From assembly GCF_009914755.1 (NCBI RefSeq), contig NC_060926.1: a DNA stretch of 64,000 nucleotides. One strand, given 5' to 3'. The notes under the pieces were generated by a model that did no database searches, was not told the DNA's origin, and saw only the letters and a program-made list of their open reading frames with translations. The translations under genes were made by a program, and so were the position numbers. Positions within the stretch are counted from its first letter, which is position 1, and the number at the start of each line of letters is the position of its first letter. Source of the stretch: the human T2T-CHM13v2.0 reference genome, Homo sapiens. Of the stretch, positions 1 through 15,079 are shown in pieces.

Positions 1-304
1 ATTCTCCGTATTAAATAATCACTTTGAGGAGACTTATTTTAGAAGTGATTTTAACACTTGACCCTACCAAATTCTCAGCAAGTAAAACATGCAAGCAGAC
101 ACAAAATTATAGCAGTGAAAATTTTATAATCCACCTCCCCTTTATTTTACTCAAATAAATCAAATCTTACAGGTAGTGGCAAACTGTGCATATTGTCTTG
201 TTAATATTCATCTTGCAATTTTAGGGCTACATATCATAAGTAACACAACCACAGGAATAATAGATGCTTGCATTGAAGATACTATACTAGGTATTATAAA
301 GACA

Positions 305-450
305 TTCACTCCAACCTTGACCACAACCCTGTAAGGCATGTATTAGTATCACTTTTTTTTTAACAGATTAAGAAATTAACTTTCTGAAAGGTTAAGTAAT
401 TCACACAGCTATTAAATGAATCCTACCAAAACTTAAGACACAGCTCTTGA
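305..450 (-). mobile_element. MIR fragment
   Basis: acaaccctgtaagg...acagattaagaaa...aggttaagtaatt...acacagcta resembles the reverse MIR core. Confidence 0.65.
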
Positions 451-1059
451 ATCCCATTTCCAAACAGATATTTAGTGTTCTCATTTATATTTATGTGCTA
501 TATATTTATATTAACTGTACTATGACCACTAATGAAAATAAATTCCTAACACTACCATTATTATCATGATGTTACAGTACAGCAATTTGGCAATACTATA
601 TTTCAAGAAGAAAAACATAAGCAAGGTAAAATATCTATAGAAATTTTAAATAATATTATCATTTCTAAAGTTGCATATTGTATAAAAATGGTAAATTCTA
701 AAATGAACACTGGTCTTGATTTTTGTACAACTGGTGTTTTAAAACTACCACTTAATTACACTGTTCAATATTAATTGCTTGATGGAGTTAATGTGTAGGA
801 AACAAAGATATAAAATGCAATTAAAATTATTAAATATACACAATAAATAAAACCATCAACAAATGATCTGAGTGTAAGGAATCTACATCTAAATTGGGTG
901 TTGGGGAAGCAAATTAATGGATTACACCAGTTTCTTACAGTTCCACTGGCAAACAGTTGAAGGGCTGACACTTTCAGTCTCACCCTATAGAAATATTTTC
1001 TCAAAAAAACTAATATTTACTGTAGTTTAGTTGTTATTATTAGTGTTTTTTTCCTTTTG

Positions 1060-2830
1060 TTTTGATGTTGTCAAATAGGTAGATATTTGAATGGTTCAAA
1101 AATCAAAAAGTATAAAAGTATATCTAGTGAAGAGTCTTGTTCCATCCCAGCCCCTCATCTGCTCAGCTGTCATCCCTCTATCTATACACTCCCAAACAAT
1201 TAATTATTTCATTACCTTCTTGTTTATCCTATGAGTTTTTAAATATAATTATTAGTAAACATTTCTGGGGTTTTTTTTACCCAACTTATTTTCTTCTGCC
1301 CCTTCCTTTTTTTTAATCTTAGCAATATATTTTCGAAATCTTTCCATATTCATGATTCTTATTTTTTATATACTTGCATAATATTCAATTATTGGATATA
1401 CCTAATTTATTTAATCAATCCACTACTGATGGGCATTGTTTGCACAATGTTTCCCATCTTTTGATATGAAAAACAATGCTGCAATGAATAAATCTGTGCA
1501 CTCAACATTTGACAAATTATTATAAGATAAATTTGTAGAAACAGGAGTACTGAGTCAAAGTTTATAAGCATTTGTTCCAATTCACATTTATATAAATTTA
1601 TACTCCCATCAACAATACATAAAAGGCCCTGTTTCCTTGCAGCCTTGCCAACACAGCATGACACAAAATTTTCAGTTTTTTGCTAATATAATGAATTAGA
1701 CATGCTATGTCAGTATAGTTTTATATACCTCCTATTTTGGGTGAAGTTAAGAAAAACTTTATATGTGTAGGAGCCAATGGTATTTTTCTGTGAACTGTGT
1801 GTTAGAATAATTTAACCAAATTTCTATTAGATACTTACTGTACTTCAGGAATTACTAGGAGCTGTTATGTATTAGAGATTAACCGTTTAAGTCATCATAT
1901 GAGTTGCAAATTTTACCTCCAGCTTGTTGTTTACCTTTTGGTTTTATTTATGCTATTTTTTGCCATGTAGAAATTTTTATTATTTTAAATGAATTAATCC
2001 TTTGAAATTGACTTTTAGATATTGAATTTTATTAAAAAGAGCTTCCCATAGTAAGACCATAATAAGACTTTCACATTTTCTTCTATTACTTATATGGTTA
2101 ACTTTCATGTATATATCTTTGTTCCAATTCAGAGTTTATCCTGAAGTTCAGTATAAGATATAAGCAATATTGCATCTACCTGTGAAAGAATACTTCACAG
2201 TATATCTTCCCCATTTTAAGTACGCTTCTGCATGTTCTTTAATACAAATATTACACATTTAAATATTGGCATGTTAATTTAAACTGCCCTATTACTAAAT
2301 TATTTTATTGTTTATGAATTATTTGTCTTTCAGCTGATTCTCTGCAGTTTATGGATACAAAACATACCATCTGCAAAAAGTGATTATTTTATCTCTACCT
2401 ATCAAATTTTTATAATCTTATTTTTTATTATCTAAATCCATTGGCAGTTTCGTCCAGCACAATATTAAAAAAGAGTAAAGAGAACAAACAAAATCTACCT
2501 AGTTTCTGAAATTACTGAGCATGCGTATGTGTTTTCCTATGAATCATAATGGCTTTTGGACTTACATACATACATTTGATCACTATGAAGAAGTTTCCCT
2601 TTATTTCTGTTTACTGGGTGTAGAGAATGGTTGTTAATTTTTGTCCTATGTTTTTTCACTGTCTATAGAGAAAATCATATGATTGTTCTCTTTAGTTTAA
2701 TATGATAAATATTAGATTTCCTATTATTGATCCATCCTTGCACTGCTGAAATAAATTTCTTTTGTTAATAACAAATTATTACTTTCAGGGAATTCAAATT
2801 GTAATTTATTTTTTTAGAAACTGCCTCTTC
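1060..2830 (-). mobile_element. Ancient L1 (L1M/L1ME-like) 3' region, degraded
   Basis: ctactgatgggcatt...aacaatgctgcaatgaata...; ccatcaaca...cttgccaacac; T-rich strand bias. Confidence 0.75.
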
Positions 2831-3161
2831 TTTTTGGACTATTATTACTTGATATTGTTAAAGGACAAGAGGCCAAGCCTTAAAGCAATAAAAAATTACC
2901 AACCAGAAAGATTTGCAGAGGAGAACTTTAGGTTGAGGAGCAGGTATAAACTAATAGATTATGTTTGATAATTACAGTTTCATTGGTTAAGAACTGTGAG
3001 ACTAACATTTTCAGTCCTACTCCATAGGGAAATTATATGCTCAGCAGAAGTATTTTATCCTAACACTGTTTATGGGTTATTTTTTATTTAACAATACATT
3101 AATTCAACTTAGTACAGATTTACTGAACATCAACTATTTTCAAGGTATTGAGATTGTGTAG

Positions 3162-3600
3162 TTCAGTGGCTTGCAAACTTTTTTTTGACCCAGACAGACA
3201 ATAAAAAATATATTTTTATTGCAACTCACTATATACATATGTCTATGTATGTCTAAATACATATTAATGTTTATGAAAATGGCTTAATGAAACAATACTA
3301 CACATAATCATAGTTCTTTCCTTCTTTTTTTTTTTTTTAAGACAGGGTCTCACCCTGTCTCCCAGTGACAGATTGTGCAGTGGCACGATCACAGCTCACT
3401 AGCCATGAACTCCAGGGCTCAAGTGATCCTCTTGCCTCAGCCTTCTGCATAGCTAAAATTACAGGTGCAAGCCACTGGGCCCAGCTCAATATTCCATATT
3501 CTAACGTTTTCTATTCCATATCATTTTTACTAAAGTGTTGGTTTCTATACATTACACCGATTCCCCAACCCATAATAAATTAAAATTTACAGTGTTAGAA
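3162..3600. mobile_element. hAT-Charlie-like DNA transposon remnant interrupted by an Alu monomer
   Basis: cagtggcttgcaaactttttttgacc... resembles a Charlie-type terminus. Confidence 0.4.
3325..3486 (-). mobile_element. Free Alu monomer (FRAM/FAM/FLAM-like)
   Basis: polyT-gacagggtctcac...ctcaagtgatcctcttgcctcagcc...attacaggtgcaagccact; single arm. Confidence 0.85.
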
Positions 3601-3619
3601 ATATCATATTAGCTAAGAC

Positions 3620-3775
3620 GAAGGATTCTGGAACTAGGCAACCAAGGTTTGAATCACAGCTTTACCTCTTAATGGCTTTTAATTGCACCTCAGTTTTTCA
3701 TCTATAACAGCGGGGCAATACTAGCATCTACCTCATAGGGTTTTATTGAGATTAAATGAATTAATACATATAAAT
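3620..3775 (+). mobile_element. MIR
   Basis: ggtttgaatcacagc...cctcagtttttcatctataac...ctacctcatagggtt...gattaaatga. Confidence 0.8.
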
Positions 3776-5511
3776 ATATGTTTGAAATATTATATTTGAT
3801 TTGTTTGACAAAACATTTCCCTTGATCCTACAGTTGCTAAAAAAAGCAAAAACTTGCATCCCCAAAATACAAAAACTGTGGAGAAATCATTAGATATACA
3901 GACTTCCTATCATCTAAAAAAAATAATTATGAGCATGCCAATATAATCTAAATATCTGATTGTTTTTTAAAGTGAATCTGAACTGGATCTTCTCTTTCAA
4001 GGCCTTGAGATAACCAGTAAATATTAGCTAAGTTAAATAATCATTAAGGTGTCTCTTTTATTCCTACTTTATATGGATGTCCCTTGCTCCAATGACTATC
4101 AAAGAAGTTGATAACACTAAGAGACTTAGTGGAGATCTATAATGGTACAACTCCAACTCATTCTGAAATGGTATGCAGAGAGTAGCCTAATCTTTACAGT
4201 ATTTAGGAGTTTAAACATCTTAAAATCAGCCTGGAGGAAAGAATGATCTTATCTCTTCCTTAACTCAGTTTTTTTGGGGCCTCTTCAAAGTTAACTTTAG
4301 AGCCCATGGAGAATAGCTTTTTCTTACACATAATTTTACTATTACATAAGCTTGCTGGGATTTATCCATTGTACAAAACAAATGGTATTAAAACCTCTAG
4401 TAAATATACTACCTACTTTCAGGTACAATCTCAAGAAATCCCCTAACTCTGCAAATGTCTGTTTCTCTAAAAAACAAAGAACCATGTTTCAAAGTTAATT
4501 TACTTTGGAGGTAAGAAGTTTGGTTGTTGCTTGGTTTTTTTCCCCTTATCTCTCTTTCTTCAGCTGTACCTATTGACACTTGGCACATACGTTTTTTCTA
4601 ATTGTTTTAGGGAAGGAGTGGAGAGAGGTGTTTGTTTGTTTTGTTTTAGCATGTTTCTAAACGTGCCTGGGATTATATTCTTAAAGTTGGCATCTATTGA
4701 GCAAGGAGGGGCAAGGATACACAAGTTTGACAGAAATAAAGGTAAATAGCTATTTTTATACTCATCACAAGGATGACAAGTGCTAGCAATGGCCAGAATG
4801 CCTATCTCCCACTGCAACTGCAATCCCAAACTCCTCCTAATATACCTGTAATAATCAGTTACGTCTAATACATCTCTTGAGCCTGGTTCTCTGCCTTAAA
4901 TGTCTTCCTAAAATCTCTAACATTGACACCCAACTCCAAATTTTGAGTTCAAATAATAGCTGACTGAAAGTTTTCAATATATTTTCAGTGTTTATATTTG
5001 CTAAGGATAATAGGTTTTCCTGAAAAAAAAATTTCTTCCTCAGAGTAATCTAAAATCAAATCTTCCTCTATAATAAAAAGGTGTGGATGTGTGTGTGTTA
5101 TAGGGGCAAAGGTGCAACGGGTTTTTTTTTACTCTGACAAGTATTCTGATAGTTTGACTTTGAGAGATCCTAAATGTAAATTGTTACAGAAACATCTAAA
5201 ACGTTATTTTGAATTAAATCAAATATTTAAAAAGACCAAGTTTTTTCTTCCTTTCCTATTTCTTCCATTTATTTACTGTTGGATGGACTTGAGAAATGGA
5301 ATTAATAGTGATTATTTAATTGGCCATGTGATGTATGACACTGAATGAACCAAATGCCTTCCCAAAATAAAGTGTATGAAAATGAATGTGAAACTCAGGG
5401 TAAGAGATTTTTCCAAAAGTCTTCCAAAAAGTGTGAAAATGTGAACCTGAACAGTAACTGATTTAATATGATTTTGATCAATGCAAAAACCTCTTAAGAA
5501 ACAAAAGCACA

Positions 5512-5802
<291 letters not shown>

Positions 5803-7310
5803 TCAAAGAAACAAAAGCATAAACCTATTTCTAGAATGAAGGCAAATGCACGTTAACCCTTAAAAGTTACAACAGTGTAGTTTTACATCTGGCTCAAAGA
5901 AGGCGGAATCACAGTTATAGTAGGTAATGCTGGATGATGGCAGCTGTGAAAAAGCTGGATAATAAATATATACAATCGCATACATTATAATAAAGCATAC
6001 TGCATGTTCCTACACAGGTCTAAACCTAATTCCATTCATTCAGTATTCGATACGTTTACTGAAGTTTTAATCAATGTCAGGCACTGGTCTAAGAAAATAG
6101 TATCATGTCTTACAATGTCTTAAATATGAAACGATCCTAATTGAGGTATGAGGAAGGAAAACAGTGACTAGAGAGTAAACAACACTAGTCTCCTCCTGAA
6201 TAAATATGCTATACTATTAAATAAAATTCCATAGGCATAAAACAATGGAAGAATTTAACCACATAGCGAATATTTCCTTTATCTCTCTGCCACCCTGGGA
6301 AAATGTCTGTTTTCATAGTGAGGTCTCTCAAAATGATAGCAAACTAATCAGCAGAGGTTCTTGAGATAATGGGAGCTTGCCTGGCTAACCAGGCAGCCTG
6401 TCCATCAACTTCAGATCCACATATCTCCTGAATTATAATCAGAGACTGATGTTCACACCCTGAAACCAGTCCATAATTTGAACTCCTGCCTTAACAATAA
6501 ATTAAAAGGATAGGTAAAGGCAATGCATGACTCAAACCATGTGAATCTCAACAAGTATGTTCCATTTACTATCTTGGAACAGTCATAATTGGTATTAGAC
6601 CAAGTTTTTCCCGTCAAAACCAAAAGACAATGGAAATGCTAAACACCAAATGTCAGTAAACCAAAAAAGTCAAAATATTCACATGGTGTAATAAATACTT
6701 GGATTTTATTTTACTTTAAAGCATTTAGCAAATAATTAGCCACCCCATTATTACAATGTATGGGTGTATGACAGAAAAAAAAAAAGCTGTGTAACATCAG
6801 AGCTTTCTTATTTTGTGTATGGGTAAAACAAGGAAAACAAGGCAAAAACAAGGTTAAACTCTTAAATATAGCAAAGCACTGTTTGAACCTCTTTTAATGT
6901 AAAGGGATAACAGATTATACTTTATTGACCTTCTAGTTAATAACACTATTTTTAGAAAAACAAAAATCATATTATTACCATCTTAAATGTTAAACTCTTT
7001 CTTCGTTACAGGAACACAAAAAAGAGATACCAGTTAGTCCATTACCACAGAAAGAATTACTCTGTAGCTGTTAATAATTATAATGTATGTATGTGCTTAG
7101 AAACATGAAACAGTGTTGAGGACGTACAATGTTAAAGGAAAATTAATTATGTCATAAATAATTTCTATTATACAATCCCATCCATTTCCATGTTTACATG
7201 GTCATAGAAAATAATCTAAACAGATATACTTTGAGTTGCTAAGTGAATTACATGCAAAGCACTTAGAACAATGCCTAATACACAGTAAATGCTCTTTAAG
7301 AATTTCTGCA

Positions 7311-7610
7311 GGCTGGGGGCACAGTGGCTCACATCTGTAATCCCAGCATTTTGGGAGGCCAAGGCGGGTGGATTGCTTGAGTCCAGGAGTTCAAGACCAG
7401 CCTGGGAAACACAGTGGGATCTTGTCTGTACAAAAAACATTTAAAAAATTATACAGGCAGGGTGGCCTGTGCCTGTAGTCCCAGCTACTTGGAAGGCTGA
7501 GGTGGGATGATCACCTGAGGCTGTGAGGTCGAAGTTGACACTGAGCCATGATCGCATCACTGCACTCAAGCCTGGGTGACAGAGTGAGACCCTGTCTCGC
7601 ACACAAAAAT
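7311..7610 (+). mobile_element. AluJ inserted in a MIR 3' end (MIR ~7235-7300)
   Basis: gattgcttgagtccaggagttcaagacc...gagaccctgtctc; upstream aaagcacttagaacaatgcctaatacacagtaa. Confidence 0.93.
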
Positions 7611-8119
7611 CTGCTATTATCATTTTGTATGGTAATTGGCTCTGAATGTACAATTATGACTGCTTTAGCCCTGACTTCCTTTTACTTGTGCATGTTCCCC
7701 TTCTCCTTAATTAACCTGCATTCATTCTATCAAAAATGTTTATTAAAAAACATATATCATTAAAATATAATTTATAAAAATCACAATTTTCACATCCAAT
7801 AATCACAATTTGGAAAAAGTAACCCATATTATAAAAAATTCATCTAACTGTTGTACCTCGTAATTTGTACTCAACAGCACTTAGGGTAAAATTCCGTAGG
7901 TAAAAAGCCCAGAATTTGAGGTACATAAGGAAGAGAAGAAACAAATATTAAAATATTAGGCATCTGAGTATTCTGTGCTGAACAGCGAAAGAAATTAATT
8001 TCACAAAAACTCCTGACCCCAATAAACAGACCAGCACTGAAAGGAGCAACTGTCATTCAACACTGCCTCTCCAACACAAGCCTTACGAGATACTGCCATT
8101 CAACCCACAGTTACTGAAT

Positions 8120-8340
8120 AATCATATCTCACATTTATTGGAACACTTATTATATGCTCCATACTTTGCTAAGAGATTTAAAAGCTTAATATCATTTAAT
8201 TCTCCCAACAGCCTTATGAGAGAGATGTTCTTCAACCCTTTAGGGCTGAGAGGAATGAGGCATGGAGAGGTTAAGTAACATATCCAAGATCACATAGCTG
8301 GTAAGTAGAGCCAAGATTTGAACCTAGGCCCCAGAATTTA
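8120..8340 (-). mobile_element. MIR
   Basis: catttaattctcccaacagccttatgag...agaggttaagtaaca...cacatagctggtaagt...gatttgaacctagg. Confidence 0.85.
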
Positions 8341-10934
8341 ATCAGTAGTTATTGAACACCTACTCCAGAAAAAATGCTAGGCACAAGGAGCTGCTAACTG
8401 CACAACAGTCAAGACATGCTCTGCTAAGGGCAGGGGCTCTAACAATTACTCTAGGTCTACCCTCTTCAAATTCTGATCCTGAGTCCCTACATCCATCACT
8501 GCAGTCACTGCAACTGCATTTATTGCCACTTGCACCAGAAGGCTAATTACAATACTTCCGTTTCCCACTCTTGACAATGAACAGGGGAAAGTGTATTTCC
8601 CAAGTTCTGATTTGTGATTTAAAATGTATTTCCTCATAGTGTTAGTTTGTATAATACTATTAACCCTACTACAATTGCCACATTAACTAAGCCTTTTTAT
8701 TGTTGTTTCTTTCAATGGAATTTAACCACCATTTTTAGCAGTGTTTCAAGTGAAAAGGACATTCTTTAACCCCTTCATTTTATTTTTAAAGTTGTCATAC
8801 AAAAAACATGAGCATTTTTTTCCTTTTAGCATTCAGTTCTACAACATGCATAGATTCTTATAACCACTACCATAATCAGGATACAGAACAAAAAGGCATT
8901 CTCATTAAAAAAAGAGAGACGGCTTATAAATGGACTTAAAAGACAATCTCTGTTACATTAATGACTTTTTACTCTGTCTTCCAACACACCAGGCTTTCCT
9001 TCTATTCTAGAATAAGTGAATTGGACACCACAATAGAAACACTTGGTATATTTTTGCAAAATATATTTTGTATACCTGTGGCTTTCCATTTTTAAGGATA
9101 TTTAGAAGCTGTGGTTTTATAGGGGCTTTATCAAAATGGTTGAAATTCTTTTCCATGGCAGAGGTTTGACAACTGTGGAAATAATTAAATGAGCACACCT
9201 TTTCAACACTACACATGACTGAGAACTGCTTATCCAGAAGAGACTAGCTAGGTGGAGGGCTCTGTTCTAAGACTATCGAGTATATGTTATGTGGTATTTA
9301 AAGACATTTGTAAATGTGTTCTATATTTGTAAAACTATAACTAGAAGTTCCTTATATTAAAACAAAACAAAAGTAAAAAACACTAACTCTAACAAACTGA
9401 AAAGGCAGTTGAAAGAATATTAATCAAAGTTCTTGTTTAGCTTTACAGATGCCACCTAAAACTTTTTTTCCCAGAAAAATTTTTGGAACAGGGTCAACGA
9501 ATGGCCAAAGAGTCACTTTCAGATTCTAATATTCTCTAACACTTTTGTAACTACAAAGTCAGTCATCAGTGCTAATATTTTGTGCTTGTGAAAAAAGAGT
9601 CTCTACTCAGGTCTGGTACTACCTTTGGGCTGCAAAGACAGTTACTTTAATGGTATTAATTTGACAGAAAACAAAAGAAAAATAATCACTCTCCCAAACT
9701 TCTTCTCCATACCCTCCAGCATAATCTGGTACCTGAAATCTCCATTATCAGAAATTTACTACTATGGCTTGGGAACCAATTTCTAGAGACATCTCTATTA
9801 AAGCATTTATGCCACTATAAAACAACAGTAATCTATTAAACTATGTCAGTCTCAAAAACCTTAGCTTGAATTCATTTACTTGAATTGTTCTATGACAGGA
9901 TGGAAAGCTGGGGAAAGGGTTCCTAGTGTCCACAGACAGGTTTTGGTTTGAATAAAGAAAGATTGTGAAGACACGTATCAGAATCACGCAACCCTGAAAG
10001 GCAGGCAGGACTGAGCAGGACAGTGAAGCAACAAGCAAGTACCACAAGGGAAGTGGGTTTGCAAATGGAAGTGCTAAGAAAGAAAAAAAGAATAGTAAAA
10101 GGGGCCCCAAAACAATTCATAGGTAATTCTCTAAAGCCAGCCCTATCTGTATAACCTTTGCTAGGGCACTGGTGGCATGCCCCCTTCCTGCATTCTAAGT
10201 ACTCATCCTACCACAACCTCATTTTTTTTAATGAAATAGGTCAGCTCGACAAAGAGCAAATGACTGAGATGAAACAAATTTCCCTAACTTTAGTCAGAGG
10301 AAGTTTCATAAAAAATCTAATGCTGCGAGCCAGCATAAACAAGAGATGAAAGTGTGGGAGACAAGAAACATGAGAAGGAGGAAAAAAAAGAAAGGATGTA
10401 CCACTGTTCTGTTGTTATTCTGTTACAGATGACACACATAAGGAAGTCCCTAGTAATTTTGTGTATTAATACTCTACCCTATGATGAGGCACAGCTACAG
10501 ACATATCCATCTTAGTCAGCTCTGAGTTATAAGAATATGCCTGAAGCCAAGATGAATGGACTTGGGTACTGAATGCAAGGCTTTCTCTACAGACTCGGGT
10601 TCAGAGGTCACCATCATATATGGATCCCTACCACATCCTGTGTGCATAAGGGCATGTGATATCAGATTAAAATTGGCCTTTACTAGCAATCTTGAAGGAG
10701 AAGAAAAATAATTAGTTAGTAGTCAGTAAGTACCTGGCAAAGAAAGAAGCAGTCTCACTTATTCGACTTTAGTGAGATAGTATCTGTTTGTTTGGAGAAA
10801 AGAATTTGCTGTTGAAGGCAGACTACATGTTATGTGAGCCCAGGTCTCTCCCTCTTTTCATTCCCCAGGTAAAGCAGCCAACTCCATCTCTCTTTCTTCA
10901 AGGCCAGTTCCTACTCCCATCCACTTCATGAAAG

Positions 10935-11480
10935 TTCATTCACTCTCCTTTTAGTCATTTGTTCATAAAACAATGGGAAGTGGTACACCTATTCTCTGCC
11001 AGGTACAGTGGCAAAATTATAAGTACACAGATGAACAAGACATAGTCTGCCCCAGAGGAGCTCAAAATCTAATATGGGAGACAAAGACATAAAACAATAG
11101 CAATACAATGTGGTGAATACTATAATAGATACATGTACATACTCAGTGCTATAGAAATATGGGGAATAACTAAAAATTCAAATAAGCAGTTACACTGGAC
11201 CTTTGAAAAGGATTGAGAGTTTTCCTGGTTGAGAAAAAGTACAGAAATCCAAGGAAAGGAGAAGGATTCATGCAAAGAAAAGGCAATTTGAAAGAATATG
11301 TTATATTCAAGACATGGCAAGTATCTGTGGCTGAAGCACAGTATATGTGAAAAGGAATTTCAGGAGATGAAGACAAAAAGATAGATTGGGCTGTTTAGTA
11401 AAGGCTGTAGTATAAAATGCTAAAGAGCTTATTAGACTGCATTCCTCAGGTAAGGGGAGTCATTCAGAAAAAAGAATGGC
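10935..11480 (-). mobile_element. L2 fragment
   Basis: cattcactc...tgccaggtacagtg...gatgaacaagacatagtctgccccagaggagctcaaaatctaat. Confidence 0.75.
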
Positions 11481-11607
11481 AAACAAATTTTTGTAATAGA
11501 AGTAGGTGACAAAACTACAGAAAGGCAATGATTAATTCTATAACTCTAACTGGAAGGCAGATGACCTACAATTAGTCCTAAGAAATCACTTTATCCTGCA
11601 CTTTATA

Positions 11608-11832
<225 letters not shown>

Positions 11833-13211
11833 TGAAAATAATTTTACTATGTTTGCCTAATGTCTCAAACTCCCATCTAAAATATTAAACTGCTATTTAA
11901 TTTTTTTATTTATGTATGATGTAACTGTGAAATCTGATTCTCTTTAAAGGAAAAAATGCATTCTTCTTCTCTGTCCTATACACAATATTTTTCATAAAGT
12001 ACTAAATAGATACTTGCTGACTGATCAAGATGCATAATAGTTATCCTATAGGATCTTTTCTAGAAACTAGTTTTATGCTTTCTGATTCCGTTTCTATTAT
12101 ATAATATTTCTACTGATTCTATTATGCTCCCTGATCCTATTTCTGATCTATTTCTTCAGACTGTTGGAGAAATATAAGGTCAACCAGGTAAGTATTTGTA
12201 CAAGCGCATTTAAAATGTTGAGCTCTTCTTTCCTTTTGGCTCCAGCTCATGGAGATATGGCTTCCTATCTTAGGCAAATCAGTACTTGGGTGCTACACTG
12301 ATACCATTAGCTATATTTCTTACATTCAGTAGTAATTCAATGTGGAAGCTGGAGTTCTGAAACTGTTAGCAGATCATGTATGATATTCCTGGAATTCTAC
12401 CAATATTCTTTCTAACATTCATTGAGTTGCTATAAATACAAGGACCATTATGAAATGTTTGTGATTACCCCTGGCATATTACAACTTGTGGAATACTGGT
12501 CACTAAACATTTTGATAGCCTCTTTGAGGTACAATAAAGAAAAACAAAACTTCAGCAAAGGCCTTTTATAACCACAGCATTGGTTTAAAATGGCCATTAT
12601 TACATATTTGTACAAAAAACTAAATAGAATAATATCTGTTTCCATTCTGAAGAGTTCCTTCTCAGTTTGGTTAGAACAGCACACTAATCAGCTGTTGAAA
12701 TCTAAACTGATTATTTCTGAAGTGTCAACAGATGCACAAACTCCCTGGCTGAAACAGGAACATGTGTCTATTTTGTGTCAACAGGCTGAAGGAATACAAC
12801 TGAGAGAGAAGTGCAGAAATAAATAATAGAAAGTGTAATAAAATACAGTGTGAAAATATTCACATGATTTTATAAAACATCTCAATCAAAAAGACCTAGA
12901 AAGCCAAGCAAAGGAAAAATTATCAAAGGCAGGTAGAGGAAAAGAAAAGACAGACAGAGAGACAGAGAGAGAGGGCAAACCACAATAATAAAATTATGCA
13001 TATATGCTTACATTTTTAGTTTTTTCTTGAGAAGAGCTACAACTCTCCCTGCCTACCACCCAACCCTAAAGATGCAGTTCAGTCACGTTCTTCTACCATC
13101 TTCTGAAAAGCAGAGACTATTTTAGTGATTGATGGTAAAATGCTGTAATATCTTAGCTCCTTGGAGCAACCACTATTTTCTTTCCCAAGTCCCTGCACAT
13201 ATACTATCTGA

Positions 13212-13372
13212 CAGTATTTCCTAAACTTGCCTGATTATCAGAATTAGAGTCGCAGGCTCCTCCTCCCTTGAACACTTTGTTTGATTCAGTATACTTGAGT
13301 TGAGGTCTGGGACTGTTTATTTTTTTCAAGTATCTTAGATGATTCTTACGATCAAGCAAGTTTGAGAAAAAG
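13212..13372. mobile_element. MER5-family (hAT-Charlie) MITE
   Basis: cagtatttcctaaacttg...gattcagta...gatgattctta...caagtttgagaaa; degenerate TIRs. Confidence 0.75.
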
Positions 13373-14345
13373 ACCCTATGACATAACTATTTTAAAAATA
13401 AATTGGTTTTAAGGATTATTCTTTCCTAAGAATTTCATAATGTCTCTTGCCATGATGGCAGACCAGAAAAGTACTACGTGACCTTGCTGAAACACTCTTA
13501 CCAAATCTGCAGTGACATAATTAAATGGGCTAACATAGCTCTTAAATTTATATCCAATCATTTCTCAGCCAGTGATTCTCCTACTTAAATAATTCTCCAA
13601 ACTAAAGTAAAGAGGTGGATGACAAAATCTAGCCTAGATAATCAAAAGAAACTCCAATCCTTCACATGGCTAGATTTTGCCACAGGTGACCTGGAACACG
13701 TGATATTTCTGCAGCTAGGGTCAGCTCCTCCTCAAATGTTCACACAAAGACGAAGCCAGCTAATTTCCCTGTTAAATGTGAGTGAGTCACCATCCTAACG
13801 ATTTAGATTGCTAAGGTGCACATATTGAAATATATGCTTCCCGGCACAATTCCATATCCAATTACAACAGTAAATCCAATAAAGGCACAGTAAAACTGCC
13901 ACTCAGGCAAGGGAGAAATAAGAAGTCATAAGCTAATTCAAATGTTGCTAATATCCTCAGAGGAACAAATGTGGATGCCTACAACCACTTTCAGTAGACT
14001 CCATATTATCTTTTTCACCTAGGAATCTTTCTTAAGAAATGTCAGCTGGAAAACCGTGATGAATTTCCACAACCTAAGCAAAGTAAAATCCTGAAAGATG
14101 ATCATACTTCCTTCATGTGAGTTTTGTAACATCTCCCTATAGCCTTCTTCACTTTATGTCCTACTTTTAAGCCTCAAAGCATCAGGTTTTATAGTATCTG
14201 CTCAAAATTCTATGCACAAAGTCAAAATTGTATATGTAAATGGAAACATAAGCAATGGATTTCTGTTTCCAAAATAGGCATAGTTTTTGTACAAAATTTT
14301 ATTTTAACCATAAGTTATTTGAATTGTCGAATAAAAGACTTAAAA

Positions 14346-14482
14346 GGATATACCTAATGTAAATGACAAGTTAATAGGTGCAGCACACCAACATGGCACA
14401 TGTAAACATATGTAACAAACCTGCTTGTTGTGCACATGTACCCTAGAACTTAAAGTATAATAATAAAATAAATAAATAAATT
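14346..14482 (+). mobile_element. L1PA 3' terminus, heavily 5'-truncated
   Basis: atacctaatgtaaatgac...gtgcagcacaccaacatggcacatg...gtaccctagaacttaaagtataat followed by an A-rich tail. Confidence 0.95.
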
Positions 14483-14814
14483 AAAAGAGTAAAGTGCTTA
14501 AAAGTAACAATAAGATACAAGTTATTGAAAATAAATTCAGGGTTTGGTTTGGTTTGGTTTTGTTATTTACCATACTTAACATGCTTTACTTGCAGCTGTT
14601 GGTACAAAGGTGGAAAAAGACATAATATATATGTTAAGCACTACACCTAGAGCATCATTCCTCAGAAGAAATGATGATAGTATTCTAAATACAAGGGCCA
14701 ATGCAAAACACTCTAAAAACCTACATGAAAGCCTGCTCTACAAGCACTAATACATAACAAAGCATCTAAAACTTGTGAGATATTTAGCTTGAGTCTTAGT
14801 GAAAAAAAAAAAGC

Positions 14815-15040
14815 AGTGACATTTCAGACAGGCAGATGAGGGCTCAATATAAGGAAGAACTTTCTAAGAATTAGAGCTGATCAGCAATGGAACAGTAAAC
14901 TTCCTTTCCTCTAGCACTTGAAGCAGTCAAGCAAAATCCCAGAGACCACCTGTCATGCATGCTGTCAAGGATATTCTTGCTTTGTTAAGGAAGTTGTTCT
15001 AAATGACCTTTGGGGTCACTTTTAAGTAACTGATTCAAGG
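14815..15040 (+). mobile_element. CR1/L3 3' fragment
   Basis: ctcaatataaggaagaactttctaa...caatggaac...accacctgtca...aaatgacctttggggtc. Confidence 0.65.
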
Positions 15041-15079
15041 ATTATTTTCAGTGAGATGAATGGCATGGGTGCATGTCCT

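Noticed and set aside
10481-10545. ATGATGA...CTGA C/D-box snoRNA-like motif
   Set aside because: Antisense to the host gene, short, and without a convincing terminal stem.
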